Below, piece after piece: positions 36,446-46,030 of a DNA stretch of 64,000 nucleotides. Source of the DNA: an uncultured Pseudobdellovibrionaceae bacterium (GTDB taxonomy: Bacteria; Bdellovibrionota; FAC87; UBA2466); contig CAZZHG010000009.1 of the NCBI GenBank assembly GCA_964653655.1, positions 11,301 through 75,300 on the forward strand. Reading direction: 5' to 3'. Every line of letters starts with the position of its first letter. Position 1 is the first letter of the stretch. The position numbers and the translations under genes are program-made. Below the pieces are notes generated by a model. That model searched no databases and was not told where the DNA came from. It saw only the letters and a list, made by a program, of their open reading frames with translations.

Positions 36446-37045
36446 CTACTCTTTCCGCGGTAAGGGCAGCAGCTCTACTTGCAGGTCGGGAATTGGCTTC
36501 AAGTCCATGGTCGAAAGAATCCGCTGAGCTTCCGCGAGCGGATCCTTGAAGACCCGAGGCTCCGAAGCGAGCGGAGTCTTTCTCACCTTCATCAGATCGA
36601 CGACGAGAAGGGACTTGCCCGGGTTCTTGTAATCCCAGTTTCCCTCCCGAACCGCGCCGATGCGGCCGGATATCATGTCGGCCCGCTCGATGTAGGGATG
36701 AACGATGTAGTAGGACTCAGCCTTCAGAGAGCGGCGCACGAGCGTCAGCACTTCCTGAATCTGATATTCCGATTCCGCCGAGCCCTCGATGACGAGGGCG
36801 TTTCCTTCGATTCCGAAATCGAGAGCAGGCCAGTTCAGCTCGGCCTTCATTTGACCGAAAGTTCCCTGCGCTTCGGCGAGACTTAGAATGTCGTTGGGTG
36901 TGGGCCGGTGAACGGGCCCGCTCCGCGCGAGCAGATAAGTAGTGAGACCGGCCGTCGCGAAAGAAACGGCGGACATAAGCCCCAACAGGATGAGCCAGGC
37001 GCGCCGCGGGTTATACGTATTTCCTGTGACTTTGTTTCTCCCCAT
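36446..37045 (-). CDS. Membrane-anchored protein of unknown function
   Basis: Strong RBS GGGAGGGGG before the Met of MGRNKV. One TM segment (AWLILLGLMSAVSFATAGL). Confidence 0.45.
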   Translation of the reverse strand: MGRNKVTGNTYNPRRAWLILLGLMSAVSFATAGLTTYLLARSGPVHRPTPNDILSLAEAQGTFGQMKAELNWPALDFGIEGNALVIEGSAESEYQIQEVLTLVRRSLKAESYYIVHPYIERADMISGRIGAVREGNWDYKNPGKSLLVVDLMKVRKTPLASEPRVFKDPLAEAQRILSTMDLKPIPDLQVELLPLPRKE

Positions 37046-37142
37046 AAATCCCCCTCCCTTCGATCCTACGCCCGTTGAAACGGGAGGGGGGCCGTATACC
37101 AATTGAGTACGGCCAGATTTCACAATTGGGGAGCTGGAGCAG

Positions 37143-37946
37143 CTACGGATCGAAACGGATCGGAGCCAGATGTTGCAATGACGTAGGAGCAGGGATTTTC
37201 TCCACTCGCATGAGCGATCGGAACGTTCCGACCCGTTCGACGCACGTGTTCATCTGGCCATAAGTGCTGAAATCCAAAAAACTCCGATAAGGTCTGCTCT
37301 GATCGACCCACTCTTCGCCCCGAAAAAAGACCTCTGGCGACCCCGAATTTCCGGGCCCGACATAAATTCGACCAACAACATGAGGTCCAGGGGAGTCGTT
37401 CCTTCCCGCGTGCGCGACCCCAGTGCATCCCGGATCGTCGAAATATACCTGCCACGGTTTACCTGTGAACTTGCCGGAGCCCACGTCGATGTGAATCAGG
37501 TCCTTATTCGGAATCATCATCAGTGCGGCGCCAACGTGCTCCTTCGAGAATTCGATAAGTACGCCCCGAACCACGCCATTGTCCATTAGTGCCATGCGCA
37601 CTCCACTTCCGTCGATGCCGTTTCGCCCATTCGTTCCATTCAAGCCTGGTTCACCCTGTGGACCAACATCACCTTTCGGTCCCGGCTCGCCCGCTTCTCC
37701 TCGCTCCCCTTTATCTCCTTTGAGGTTGATGGCGATCCATGTTTTGCCATCGCACGCATAAAGAGTTTTTTCGTGTGAATCGAATCGGACGGTGCCTTCT
37801 TTGCCCGGATTGCAATTGTCCGAAGAAGAGAGGCTGGAGATGCTTTGGGGATTAGGGCCGGACTCACGTTCGTCCGCAGTATTTAGGCACCCCGCAAGGC
37901 TAAGAGCGATTAGGGAAGTGGAGCAAAAAAGGTGACGGTGGCTCAT
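37143..37946 (-). CDS. Lipoprotein with a collagen-like triple-helix repeat (12 consecutive G-X-Y triplets)
   Basis: Lipobox LSLAGC. GDKGERGEAGEPGPKGDVGPQGEPGLNGTNGRNGIDG in the middle of the protein. Confidence 0.6.
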   Translation of the reverse strand: MSHRHLFCSTSLIALSLAGCLNTADERESGPNPQSISSLSSSDNCNPGKEGTVRFDSHEKTLYACDGKTWIAINLKGDKGERGEAGEPGPKGDVGPQGEPGLNGTNGRNGIDGSGVRMALMDNGVVRGVLIEFSKEHVGAALMMIPNKDLIHIDVGSGKFTGKPWQVYFDDPGCTGVAHAGRNDSPGPHVVGRIYVGPGNSGSPEVFFRGEEWVDQSRPYRSFLDFSTYGQMNTCVERVGTFRSLMRVEKIPAPTSLQHLAPIRFDP

Positions 37947-38125
37947 GTAACCTCCAGAAACGTCCTGTCGAGTAGGTTATTGAGACGGGGGCAGCCAGGT
38001 CAGAGGCTGTTTAGAGAGAGACGTAAGGGATATCTCCTTATGATACTAGAATTATTGAAAATAGTACACCGCGTCGAGGGTAAGTCGTCGAAAGTCCGAG
38101 GGAAATTTTCAGGTATGTAAATGAG

Positions 38126-38671
38126 TTAGTGAGTCGACTTTGGGCGAGGGCTCGAGGAAGACGAGGGCGCCACTTTCACGTCCCCGTCGGTCACTTCGAA
38201 GCACCGCTTATTGTCGGTGAGATTCTTGAAGTACATTTCGTTATTCTTGTCCTCGCAGAGGCTTCCGATTTTCAAGTGAGTCAGCTCGCCCGAAGGGAGC
38301 TTGAAGACCAGAACGAGATTCGCCTGGTGGGGCAAAATCTTCTGGGCGTCGCCATCGCTCAAGCGGGCCTGAAAGACTTCTCCGGCGTTGAGCGCCGGCT
38401 TCCAGCTCGTGAACGCATAAGCGTCCGAGTCCTTGCGGAAGAGATTCCACGTGGTGCCTTGGGGAAGGGCGCCTTTCTTCGTGAGGTTGAGCATCCAGTG
38501 GCTGCCGTCCGGATCAGTCGCGCCGAGGGAGAAGATGACTCCGAAGGAAAGCTTTCCGGAAGCCGTAGTCTTCAACTCGATTTCTTTTCCGAAGCCCGAG
38601 TAGTCGAACTTGTCGGCCGCAAACGCCGAGAGGGAAACCAGAGCCAAACCGAGGAAGAAGGTGAACTTCAT
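38126..38671 (-). CDS. Secreted protein of unknown function
   Basis: Signal peptide MKFTFFLGLALVSLSAFA. 181 aa. Confidence 0.45.
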   Translation of the reverse strand: MKFTFFLGLALVSLSAFAADKFDYSGFGKEIELKTTASGKLSFGVIFSLGATDPDGSHWMLNLTKKGALPQGTTWNLFRKDSDAYAFTSWKPALNAGEVFQARLSDGDAQKILPHQANLVLVFKLPSGELTHLKIGSLCEDKNNEMYFKNLTDNKRCFEVTDGDVKVAPSSSSSPRPKSTH

Positions 38672-38815
38672 TTTCAAACTCTCCAAAGGAACGGACCAAA
38701 AGCCGAGGAATTCGGTGCAAATGTGGCGCCACGGGCCTCGGGCGCCGGCCCTGCGTTGCAGTACCAGTTGTCTGTAGAACCTGTGATCGGTGGGACGAAG
38801 ATCGTCCCCTATTTT

Positions 38816-39193
38816 TTACTCGCGGGACTCGCGTCCCAGCTCCTCGATCTTGCCGATACGCCGGCCGTCGGCCGCGAATCGAACGAGAACGTCCACGTAC
38901 TCAGCGTCTTCCGTGTAAGAAAGGCGCACTTCGTTCAGGTAACCGAGAACGCGGCCATCCACGGTGCTGCGGATCCGATACCAGCGTTCGCTAACGAGGT
39001 CGTAGTACCCGTCGCCCATTTCGAACGGAACGTCGACCGAGCCGAGCGTCCGCTTGAGGGCGGGGGGCAAAGCCTGGAATTGAGCATTGGTCATTTTCGT
39101 GACCCCGCGGTCTCCGGGATAAACCCGGTTTAGCGGCTTGGCGAAGGCCGAGACACCGGCCAACAGAGCGAGACTCAAGAGTACACGTTTCAT
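38816..39193 (-). CDS. Small secreted protein of unknown function
   Basis: Signal peptide MKRVLLSLALLAGVSAFA. 125 aa. Confidence 0.45.
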   Translation of the reverse strand: MKRVLLSLALLAGVSAFAKPLNRVYPGDRGVTKMTNAQFQALPPALKRTLGSVDVPFEMGDGYYDLVSERWYRIRSTVDGRVLGYLNEVRLSYTEDAEYVDVLVRFAADGRRIGKIEELGRESRE

Positions 39194-39295
39194 GGGCTAC
39201 CTCCGTTTAGACAACGGCCCGTAACCTAGCGAGACGCGACTAGGCACGTCATGTGGCGACTGGAGATCGCGAGATCAACTCGATAACACCTTGGA

Positions 39296-39877
39296 TTACG
39301 GCCGCACCGACGCCGCAATGGTGAGGTCGGAGGCAAATCTCAAGAAGCCCGGCGCGCGCATTTCCTTGAGCGTGAACCAGCCGACTTGCTGAATCTCCGC
39401 GGGATCGTGGGATTGCAGCGGCTCTTTTAGCTGATCCGGGAAGAGGACGTGGCAACGAAAGGCCGCGACCGTCACGGTCGTCTTGATCAGATCACCCACG
39501 ACCACGTCGACGCCCGTCTCCTCTTTCGTCTCCCGGCCGGCCGCGCAGAAGGCCGGCTCCGCGTAGTCGTAAGGGATGTTTTTCGCGGCCTCGAAGCTCT
39601 CCGGAGAAAACGGCTTTCCCGTTTTGGGATTGAGATTGGAGTCGAAATCCGTCGTCAGGGCTTTGCCCCCGGGAAATCCCCAGCCCACTTGTTTCGAATT
39701 TCCAGCGTACCCAAGAAGAAACTGCAGCTCGCCGCCAACTTCGCGCGTAAGCACGCAAGTGCCGTTGTGAGTGAGCGAGCCGTGCTTCACCAGGGTGTCC
39801 GCCTTCACCCGGCAGCCGGGAACGAAGTCGGAACCGAACGCGGGCAAAGCCAGCAATCCGGCGAGCATGAGCTTCAT
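39296..39877 (-). CDS. Secreted NUDIX-family hydrolase
   Basis: Signal peptide MKLMLAGLLALPAFG. FPGGK plus Nudix box E(x7)RETKEETGV. The ATG overlaps the stop of the upstream gene (ATGA at 39874-39877). Confidence 0.55.
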   Translation of the reverse strand: MKLMLAGLLALPAFGSDFVPGCRVKADTLVKHGSLTHNGTCVLTREVGGELQFLLGYAGNSKQVGWGFPGGKALTTDFDSNLNPKTGKPFSPESFEAAKNIPYDYAEPAFCAAGRETKEETGVDVVVGDLIKTTVTVAAFRCHVLFPDQLKEPLQSHDPAEIQQVGWFTLKEMRAPGFLRFASDLTIAASVRP

Positions 39878-40584
39878 GTGCCCGCGACGATCTTGTTGAT
39901 CGAGCGCCCGCCCATGGAACGAACGTGGAGGAGAAACACCCCACGCGGCAGCGTCTGAGTAATGGGAACGGTCTTCGTGAACGGGAAATTTCCCTTGCGG
40001 CAGCTGCTCTCGAGGCGCGCCATCCTCGGGCGCACAATGGCGGCGTCCGGCTGGACTTGAACGTCGACGCTGTCGATGGTCAGACAATCCATGGGCATGA
40101 AACCTTTGAGCACCAGAACGTCTTTGCCTTCCTGCTTCAGCAAATACGCGTCCGTGAGAGGCGGATAGGGGAGGCTGTCGACGCCGCTGCCGGAGACGGG
40201 GGCGCGGCCGACGCCGAGAGTTCCGATGGCCCGGCGGGTGGGATTGTCCTGAATGGCGTAGATTCCGGGGTTTCGGATCGGACCGACGTACACCGGAAGG
40301 TAGAAGGGGATGTCCGCCTTCACGCAATTGCCCGAATACTCATAGGCGGTGAGGTTGATGGTCAAAATCTTCCGGGCTTCGTCGAGGTCTCCGGAGACTC
40401 TTCCCACTTGAGTGCAGGAGTCTCTGAGAATCCCCATCACGACGATCTCAACGCTATCGTCGGTATCGAACCCGTTCGGAACGTAGACTTTGACTATGGG
40501 CTGGGAAACCTCTCGCAAGTAGTTGCCCGCGACGGCGGAAGCCGAGAGAAAACAAGCCAGCAATATCCCCAATCCAACCTTCAT
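39874..40584 (-). CDS. Secreted protein of unknown function, co-transcribed with the NUDIX gene
   Basis: Signal peptide MKVGLGILLACFLSASAVAG. 236 aa. Confidence 0.5.
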   Translation of the reverse strand: MKVGLGILLACFLSASAVAGNYLREVSQPIVKVYVPNGFDTDDSVEIVVMGILRDSCTQVGRVSGDLDEARKILTINLTAYEYSGNCVKADIPFYLPVYVGPIRNPGIYAIQDNPTRRAIGTLGVGRAPVSGSGVDSLPYPPLTDAYLLKQEGKDVLVLKGFMPMDCLTIDSVDVQVQPDAAIVRPRMARLESSCRKGNFPFTKTVPITQTLPRGVFLLHVRSMGGRSINKIVAGT

Positions 40585-40738
40585 GTACTTCTCCTAACTA
40601 GAGTCCCAGTTTCGTGAGCGATCGATAGCAAGGCGGGGGTGATTGGTAAACTGCCTATATCAGAGACCTTTAACGGACCGGGTTGAGCCGGAACCGTGGC
40701 TTTTGGTATCCCTGGGGCCTCAATTTTTGGAGGTCCGG

Positions 40739-41260
40739 ATGGGACGTTTCTCTCTCGTGGCTCTTTTGCTTTCGTTGTCTGCACTCGCCGCCCCTCAGGG
40801 GCTCGAAAAGTTCCGTGGGGACTGGGTGCTCGATCCGTGCGGGCGCCAGATAGTGGAAGGCCGCGAATGCCCGAATCCCCTCTATGTCCGGCACTTTTAT
40901 CGGGAGAATAAATACGAAGGTTTGGAACTCTTGAACTACGACGAAGGCCGTAAAGAGAGCATGTATTCGGCTTTCGACCGGGCCAACTTCTCTTTCTTCG
41001 GAAATTTCGCGACCTGCTCGTGGGTCGGGACGCTGCGCATTTGCCACCACACCTCGCAGCCCAGGGCGAATTCGATAGTCCACCGCCGTAGCATCCGCCA
41101 GTTCGGCCTGCTGGGCTCCGTAGACGGACAGGTCATCCGGCTCGAAAAATCGCAGGCCTGCACGAGGACGCCCGTCGATCAGCTCATCTACACCTACAAA
41201 CTCGACGGGGAGCTCATCCAGCAGTGCGTTTACGTCCGTCCCGGATCGTCCGAAAAATAA
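40739..41260 (+). CDS. Secreted Cys-containing protein of unknown function
   Basis: RBS GGAGG. Signal peptide MGRFSLVALLLSLSALAAP. Confidence 0.45.
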   Translation: MGRFSLVALLLSLSALAAPQGLEKFRGDWVLDPCGRQIVEGRECPNPLYVRHFYRENKYEGLELLNYDEGRKESMYSAFDRANFSFFGNFATCSWVGTLRICHHTSQPRANSIVHRRSIRQFGLLGSVDGQVIRLEKSQACTRTPVDQLIYTYKLDGELIQQCVYVRPGSSEK

Positions 41261-42344
41261 GGACGCCGAGATAGAGCCAGGCGAGAAAGCCGACGATGGG
41301 CCCGGGCATCGGGAACATGCGGTTGAAGTAGGACGACGCCGGGAAGGTGCCCGTCCAGAAAGCCAAATACACCAGCCCTATGAAAACTCCGGCGATGGTT
41401 CCGTAGCGAATCCCTGCTCGAGGTGAGTAAGCCGCGAGTAGCGGAGCCGCGTAAACCGTGTATTGAACGCCGAATCCCGGCGCGAAAAACAGAAACAGCA
41501 TCGGCACGAGGCTCGCCGCCGCGAGAGTGTGCTTGCGCTGCCGGCGCGCCCAGTAGGCCACGGCGAAGATCGCGGCGAACACCACCCACCGGCCGTGGTT
41601 GAAATAGAAATCCGAGAACCGCGCGGCCATCGGCCCGAGGACGGCTCCGCCGTCCCGCGCGTATAGCGCGAGAAACTCGATGCCCCACAATTCCAGATTC
41701 GATTTATAGGCGAGGGCGTTCCGGTAGAACTGCGGGCCCGAGCTCCACAGAAAGGGCAGAAACGGAATCACTCCCAGCGACAGGCCGCCGAGAAAGCGAA
41801 AGCAGCGCTTCCAGTCTCGGTACGGGGCGAGCATCACCGGGATCGCGAGCACGGGAACGAGCTTCACGTTGATGGCCGCGGCGAGGGCGAGACCCGCCGC
41901 AAAATCTTTCGAGCGCGTGAGAAGCCAGGCGCTGATCAGCCAAAGCCCCGCGCAATAAGTGTCGGTATTGCCGTGGTAGGCCGTCACCAGAATGGCCGTC
42001 AGGTTTAAGGCGTAAAGCGCTCCCGCAAGTTGGGCGTCGCGCAGAGAATCGAGCGGCTTTCGAATCGAATAGATGAGGTACATCAGCCCGACGTCGAAGA
42101 GAACCAAAGGCAGCTTGAAGAAATAGGGGAAGGGAATGTTCAACAGGCCGCTGTAGTAAAGCACCGTGGTGGCCCACTTGCCCATGAGCGGCGGGTGGTT
42201 GAAGAAGACCTCGGTGCGGTACATGTGATCGAGGCCGTGTGCTTGGATGCGGGTGGCGAAGTTCACCCAGCTGGCCATGTCGTTCGAGCCGCCGGAGCAA
42301 AACATCACCACAAGTCGAAGAAGCGTGCCGACGACGGCAAGCAA
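41214..42344 (-). CDS. Polytopic membrane protein, DUF2029 / GT87-like putative glycosyltransferase
   Basis: About 10 TM helices. The overall pattern resembles the DUF2029 mannosyltransferase-like family. Confidence 0.45.
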   Translation of the reverse strand: MLAVVGTLLRLVVMFCSGGSNDMASWVNFATRIQAHGLDHMYRTEVFFNHPPLMGKWATTVLYYSGLLNIPFPYFFKLPLVLFDVGLMYLIYSIRKPLDSLRDAQLAGALYALNLTAILVTAYHGNTDTYCAGLWLISAWLLTRSKDFAAGLALAAAINVKLVPVLAIPVMLAPYRDWKRCFRFLGGLSLGVIPFLPFLWSSGPQFYRNALAYKSNLELWGIEFLALYARDGGAVLGPMAARFSDFYFNHGRWVVFAAIFAVAYWARRQRKHTLAAASLVPMLFLFFAPGFGVQYTVYAAPLLAAYSPRAGIRYGTIAGVFIGLVYLAFWTGTFPASSYFNRMFPMPGPIVGFLAWLYLGVLIFRTIRDGRKRTAG

Positions 42345-42474
42345 AAGGCAGCTGCGGCCCCACGGAGTCAGGGACTCGAATCGGGATCGCCAAGTTCGAG
42401 ATGTCTTTCGCTTCGGGATGAGAGCCTCGCTGCCTTACCTGGTTAGGCCCAGGATAACACAGCCGGACTCATTC

Positions 42475-43521
42475 CTATTTACAGGCGGAAAACGTCTTGC
42501 TGCTTTCCTGTTCCACCGACCATACGCCCGTGACGGCGCCGGCATGCTCGGGACGCCAGTACGCGCGCAGAAAGACCCGGCCGGTCGCCGGATCGACGTC
42601 CATCACGCGCAGGTTCTTCACGTCTTCGCCCAGCTCCGACAAGTCCCAGGTATCCACCGCGACGGCGGTGGCGCCGCTCACGTCGTGGACGTGAAGCGTT
42701 TTGGCGAAGTAGGACAGAGTCAGAACGCATTTCCCAAGGCCTGCTACCGCCGCGGGGCCGTCGGCGACGGTAATCTCGTGGCGCGCTTTTCCGGTGGCCG
42801 CGTCGAAAACATGCACGCGATCCGCGCCCGTTTCGGTGACGGCTACTTGCTTCGTGCCGGAGAGGACCGCGAGGTTGCTCAGCATGTTGCGGTTACCCGC
42901 GAAGAGCCGCTCTCCCGTGTTCGTTTTCAAATCGAAGCGCACGAGATTCTCGTCGCCCTGGTAGAAACTTTTTCTCTCCACGATGAAGAGGGAGTCTCCG
43001 GCGAGGGCCATCTTGCCCGGGCCCGAGATCTCGAAGGGCAACGCCTTCGCGCCGAATCCGCCCAACCGGTACACCGCCCGGCTTCCCGCTTCATTGAAGA
43101 AGAGGGCGCCTTCGCGTCCGGCGAAATACTCCGTCTGGATACCGTCCGGAAGCGTCGCTGTCTTGGAGACGAGCTTTCCGTTTTTCATTTCCAGCGTCGT
43201 GTAATAGGTGAACCAGCCGCCCTGGTCCTGATAGGCCTTCCCCACGGCGACCGCTTTCTTGCCGAGGGGCGCGAGCTGATTGATCGTGTGGGTGAGCTTC
43301 GCGGTGCCGAGCAGCTTCGTGCCGTCCGCGGAGTAGGCTTCGACTCTATAAAGGTTCACCGCTTGCGGGCCGCGGTTTCGGCCGACCCAAAGGGTGTTTT
43401 CGTGGAAGAGATGACCCTCATAGGGGTCGCTGTCTTCCAGAGGAACGAGTGAGCGGACCTTTATGCCAGGAGCGGCGAAAGCCGTGGCGCTAAGGAACAA
43501 AACCAGAAAAAACTTACCCAT
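42475..43521 (-). CDS. Secreted protein of unknown function (beta-rich, possibly a propeller)
   Basis: Signal peptide MGKFFLVLFLSATAFAAP. The Met lies inside the longer ORF listed in the track. 348 aa. Confidence 0.45.
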   Translation of the reverse strand: MGKFFLVLFLSATAFAAPGIKVRSLVPLEDSDPYEGHLFHENTLWVGRNRGPQAVNLYRVEAYSADGTKLLGTAKLTHTINQLAPLGKKAVAVGKAYQDQGGWFTYYTTLEMKNGKLVSKTATLPDGIQTEYFAGREGALFFNEAGSRAVYRLGGFGAKALPFEISGPGKMALAGDSLFIVERKSFYQGDENLVRFDLKTNTGERLFAGNRNMLSNLAVLSGTKQVAVTETGADRVHVFDAATGKARHEITVADGPAAVAGLGKCVLTLSYFAKTLHVHDVSGATAVAVDTWDLSELGEDVKNLRVMDVDPATGRVFLRAYWRPEHAGAVTGVWSVEQESSKTFSACK

Positions 43522-43731
43522 ATGACCCCCTAATGGAGAGAGGCTCGTACGCAAAAAGAGCGGGGTCAAACGGGCGGAGCTTCTTCGAAGACAAAGGATT
43601 CGATCCCTCTTTTTCCCAGTGGCAATCGGGGTTTCCCAACAGGAGTCCCAGGTGACGAAAAGCGCGTCTTGTTTTGGTAGCCGCGTTTCCCGCAATATCC
43701 GGCCTCCAAAACTTTTTTCGGGGGTTATCGA

Positions 43732-44502
43732 ATGCGCCAGTTCCAGTCGTCGCTGTGGGCTCTTTGTTTCGCGGTGGTCTCCTCGCAGGCTTTCGCCCAG
43801 CAGGCGACTCCCCAGCCCCCGAAGCCGGGTCTGCAACCCGCGCCGCAAACGCAGCAGCAAGGGGTCGACCCTCTCGCCGGCACCACGCAGCCCGGTTACC
43901 CCGTGGACCCCGCGCAGCCGGCCACTCCCGCGACCCCGGCTCAGCCGGCCCCGGTGACGCCCGGTCAGCAGCCCGCGCCCGTGACGCCTGGACAACAACC
44001 GGCTCCGGTCGTCGGCGGTCAGCCCGCTCCGGTGGTTGGCGTTCAGCCGGCTCCCGTAGTTGGTGGACAACCCGCTCCCGTTGTCGGCGTTCAGCCGGCT
44101 CCCGTGCTTTTGCTTCCGGCCGCCCCCGAAATGCGGCGTATCTATAATTTGATGATGGCCACCCGCCGTTTCGCGAACGGCGTCGGCCACACCGTTGCGG
44201 CCAGTCAGCTCGCCATCTGTCTCCCGGGCCTCACGCCGGAGCAGAAGGTGCAGACTTTGATGGCGACGATGTCCGCGCTCGCCCGCAGCAACATTCCGGT
44301 CATCAACGAAGCCTTCGCGTTCGGCATCTACGACGACGCTCAGGTCAGCGTCATCGCGTCTCTGCTCGCTTGCAAAGCCGGCGCGCGCACGCCGGTCCAG
44401 ATGGTGCAGTCGCTCGGCGCCGCCTATCGCGAGCTGCTCATCAACTACAACCTTCTCGACTCGCTCTATCAGGTGGAAGTGGCCGTTCGTTTGATGCCGT
44501 AA
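43732..44502 (+). CDS. Secreted protein with a Pro-rich tandem-repeat linker (QPAPVVGG/QPAPVVGV x4, GQQPAPVTP x2) and a C-terminal globular domain
   Basis: Signal peptide. Nucleotide-level imperfect tandem repeats around 43950-44110. Confidence 0.55.
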   Translation: MRQFQSSLWALCFAVVSSQAFAQQATPQPPKPGLQPAPQTQQQGVDPLAGTTQPGYPVDPAQPATPATPAQPAPVTPGQQPAPVTPGQQPAPVVGGQPAPVVGVQPAPVVGGQPAPVVGVQPAPVLLLPAAPEMRRIYNLMMATRRFANGVGHTVAASQLAICLPGLTPEQKVQTLMATMSALARSNIPVINEAFAFGIYDDAQVSVIASLLACKAGARTPVQMVQSLGAAYRELLINYNLLDSLYQVEVAVRLMP

Positions 44503-44503
44503 C

Positions 44504-45862
44504 CTACTTGGCCCAGGGGCAGGACTCGTTCAGCCAGTCGGCGAGAATGCCCGTTTCCTTCGCGCTCTTGTCGATGGTGGGATAGCCGCCGTAGTACTCC
44601 ACGTTGATGAGCTCCGACAGGAGCTTGGCGTCCTCCTTGGAGAGGTTCGCTTTGGGCGGCATGTGCCCGTGCACTACGTAGTTCTCGAAAAGTCCCGGAA
44701 AAAGCAGCTGCTCCCCGATCGTGTTCGCGATGGACGAGCCGTCGTGGCATTTCACGCAGTTCATATGGGGCGCGACCCGTTTTAGGGCGGCGTCGTCGGC
44801 CGCGGGCGTCGAGGTTTTCGTCGCAAGCCTTCTCAAATACTCGATGGGCCGCTTCTTCGCCGGACCGCGGGCGGGACCGAGCGGGGCGAGGTTCAGCTTT
44901 TCTGGCAGAGCGAGAGCCACTTCGGCGATGTGCTCGTTCATCTCCGCCATCACCTTCAATCCATCCTTCTCCCCTTCCGGGAGCGACACTTGAATTTGCT
45001 TGGGGTCCTTCGAGACCAGCGAGATAGGCGAGGTGCGATGGCACTGCAGGCAAGTGATCACGTCGACGGTCCTTCGCTCTAGATCGCCCGAGTGTCCGAG
45101 GGCGTGCATCTGGAACGTGGACTTCCCTTCGTGGTTGCCCGCCGGAGTCACCCGGATGGAAAGAAAGTCTTCGGGTTTGCTGCTTCCCAGGGAGAAGTGC
45201 GTCCAAAATTGCGTGCCGTCGGGGCGGACGTCGAGGATCACGAGCGAGTCGAGCCCCTTGATGACCGCCGAGTCGAAACGGATGGCCCGCGCCTGCTTGG
45301 CTCCGTCCGTGAGGGTCTTGAGGGCCGCGAGCAGCTTTTCCTTTTGCTCGGGCTTTTCCGTGTTGGCGGCTACCGCCCGTAGATTCGCGGCCGTATAGGA
45401 CGGCGGGAATCCGTCGACGGAAGGCGTCTTTTCCTTCTTCTTTTCGAAGATAGACGAAATGAATTCGCCGGAAATCTTTTCCATCTCGACGATGCGCTGG
45501 AAGCAGGCCTGGAACTCCGGCCGATCGTGAATCGTCTCCTGGCCGGGGCGGCAACGCCTGATGAAATCCCCGACCGAACCGGCTCCGATGGTGAGCTCCC
45601 CTTCGCCGTTCTCTTTGAGCAGCTTGAAACTCTGGTTCTGCACCGTCGGCAGGAATTTTTCCCGGCGCCAGGTTTTCCATTCCTCGAGGGTCTTCGGACA
45701 CTCGCCCATGGCCTCGGAAGTAAACCGGAAGAGCGACGTGCTTTCGCCGGAGGACTCCTCGTGATCTCCCGGGACGTTCAGGGGAAGACCCATCATGGTC
45801 CGGGTTTCCTGGGAGAAAGCCGCCGGGGAAAAGAAGGCGAGCAAGACCATCCAAAGAGGCAT
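44504..45862 (-). CDS. Secreted protein with two CxxCH haem-binding motifs (putative di-haem c-type cytochrome-like protein)
   Basis: Signal peptide. CLQCHR and CVKCHD motifs. Confidence 0.45.
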   Translation of the reverse strand: MPLWMVLLAFFSPAAFSQETRTMMGLPLNVPGDHEESSGESTSLFRFTSEAMGECPKTLEEWKTWRREKFLPTVQNQSFKLLKENGEGELTIGAGSVGDFIRRCRPGQETIHDRPEFQACFQRIVEMEKISGEFISSIFEKKKEKTPSVDGFPPSYTAANLRAVAANTEKPEQKEKLLAALKTLTDGAKQARAIRFDSAVIKGLDSLVILDVRPDGTQFWTHFSLGSSKPEDFLSIRVTPAGNHEGKSTFQMHALGHSGDLERRTVDVITCLQCHRTSPISLVSKDPKQIQVSLPEGEKDGLKVMAEMNEHIAEVALALPEKLNLAPLGPARGPAKKRPIEYLRRLATKTSTPAADDAALKRVAPHMNCVKCHDGSSIANTIGEQLLFPGLFENYVVHGHMPPKANLSKEDAKLLSELINVEYYGGYPTIDKSAKETGILADWLNESCPWAK

Positions 45863-46030
45863 GAAATAAATGATACCGCAGGCTTTCTTTACGGAAGTTT
45901 TGATTGCAGGGGTTGCAATGGGCCGCTAGTAACTCGATGCGTCAATTTCTTTTGGTGGCCTTAAGGATTACATCGTGAAACCGCAACACAGTTGCCGCCG
46001 CTTTGGGGGGCGGGCCGGAAACGCCCCCAT

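Noticed and set aside
42247-43452. 401-aa ORF antisense to the secreted 348-aa protein gene
   Set aside because: Shadow ORF. The sense gene has a canonical signal peptide and an ATG start.
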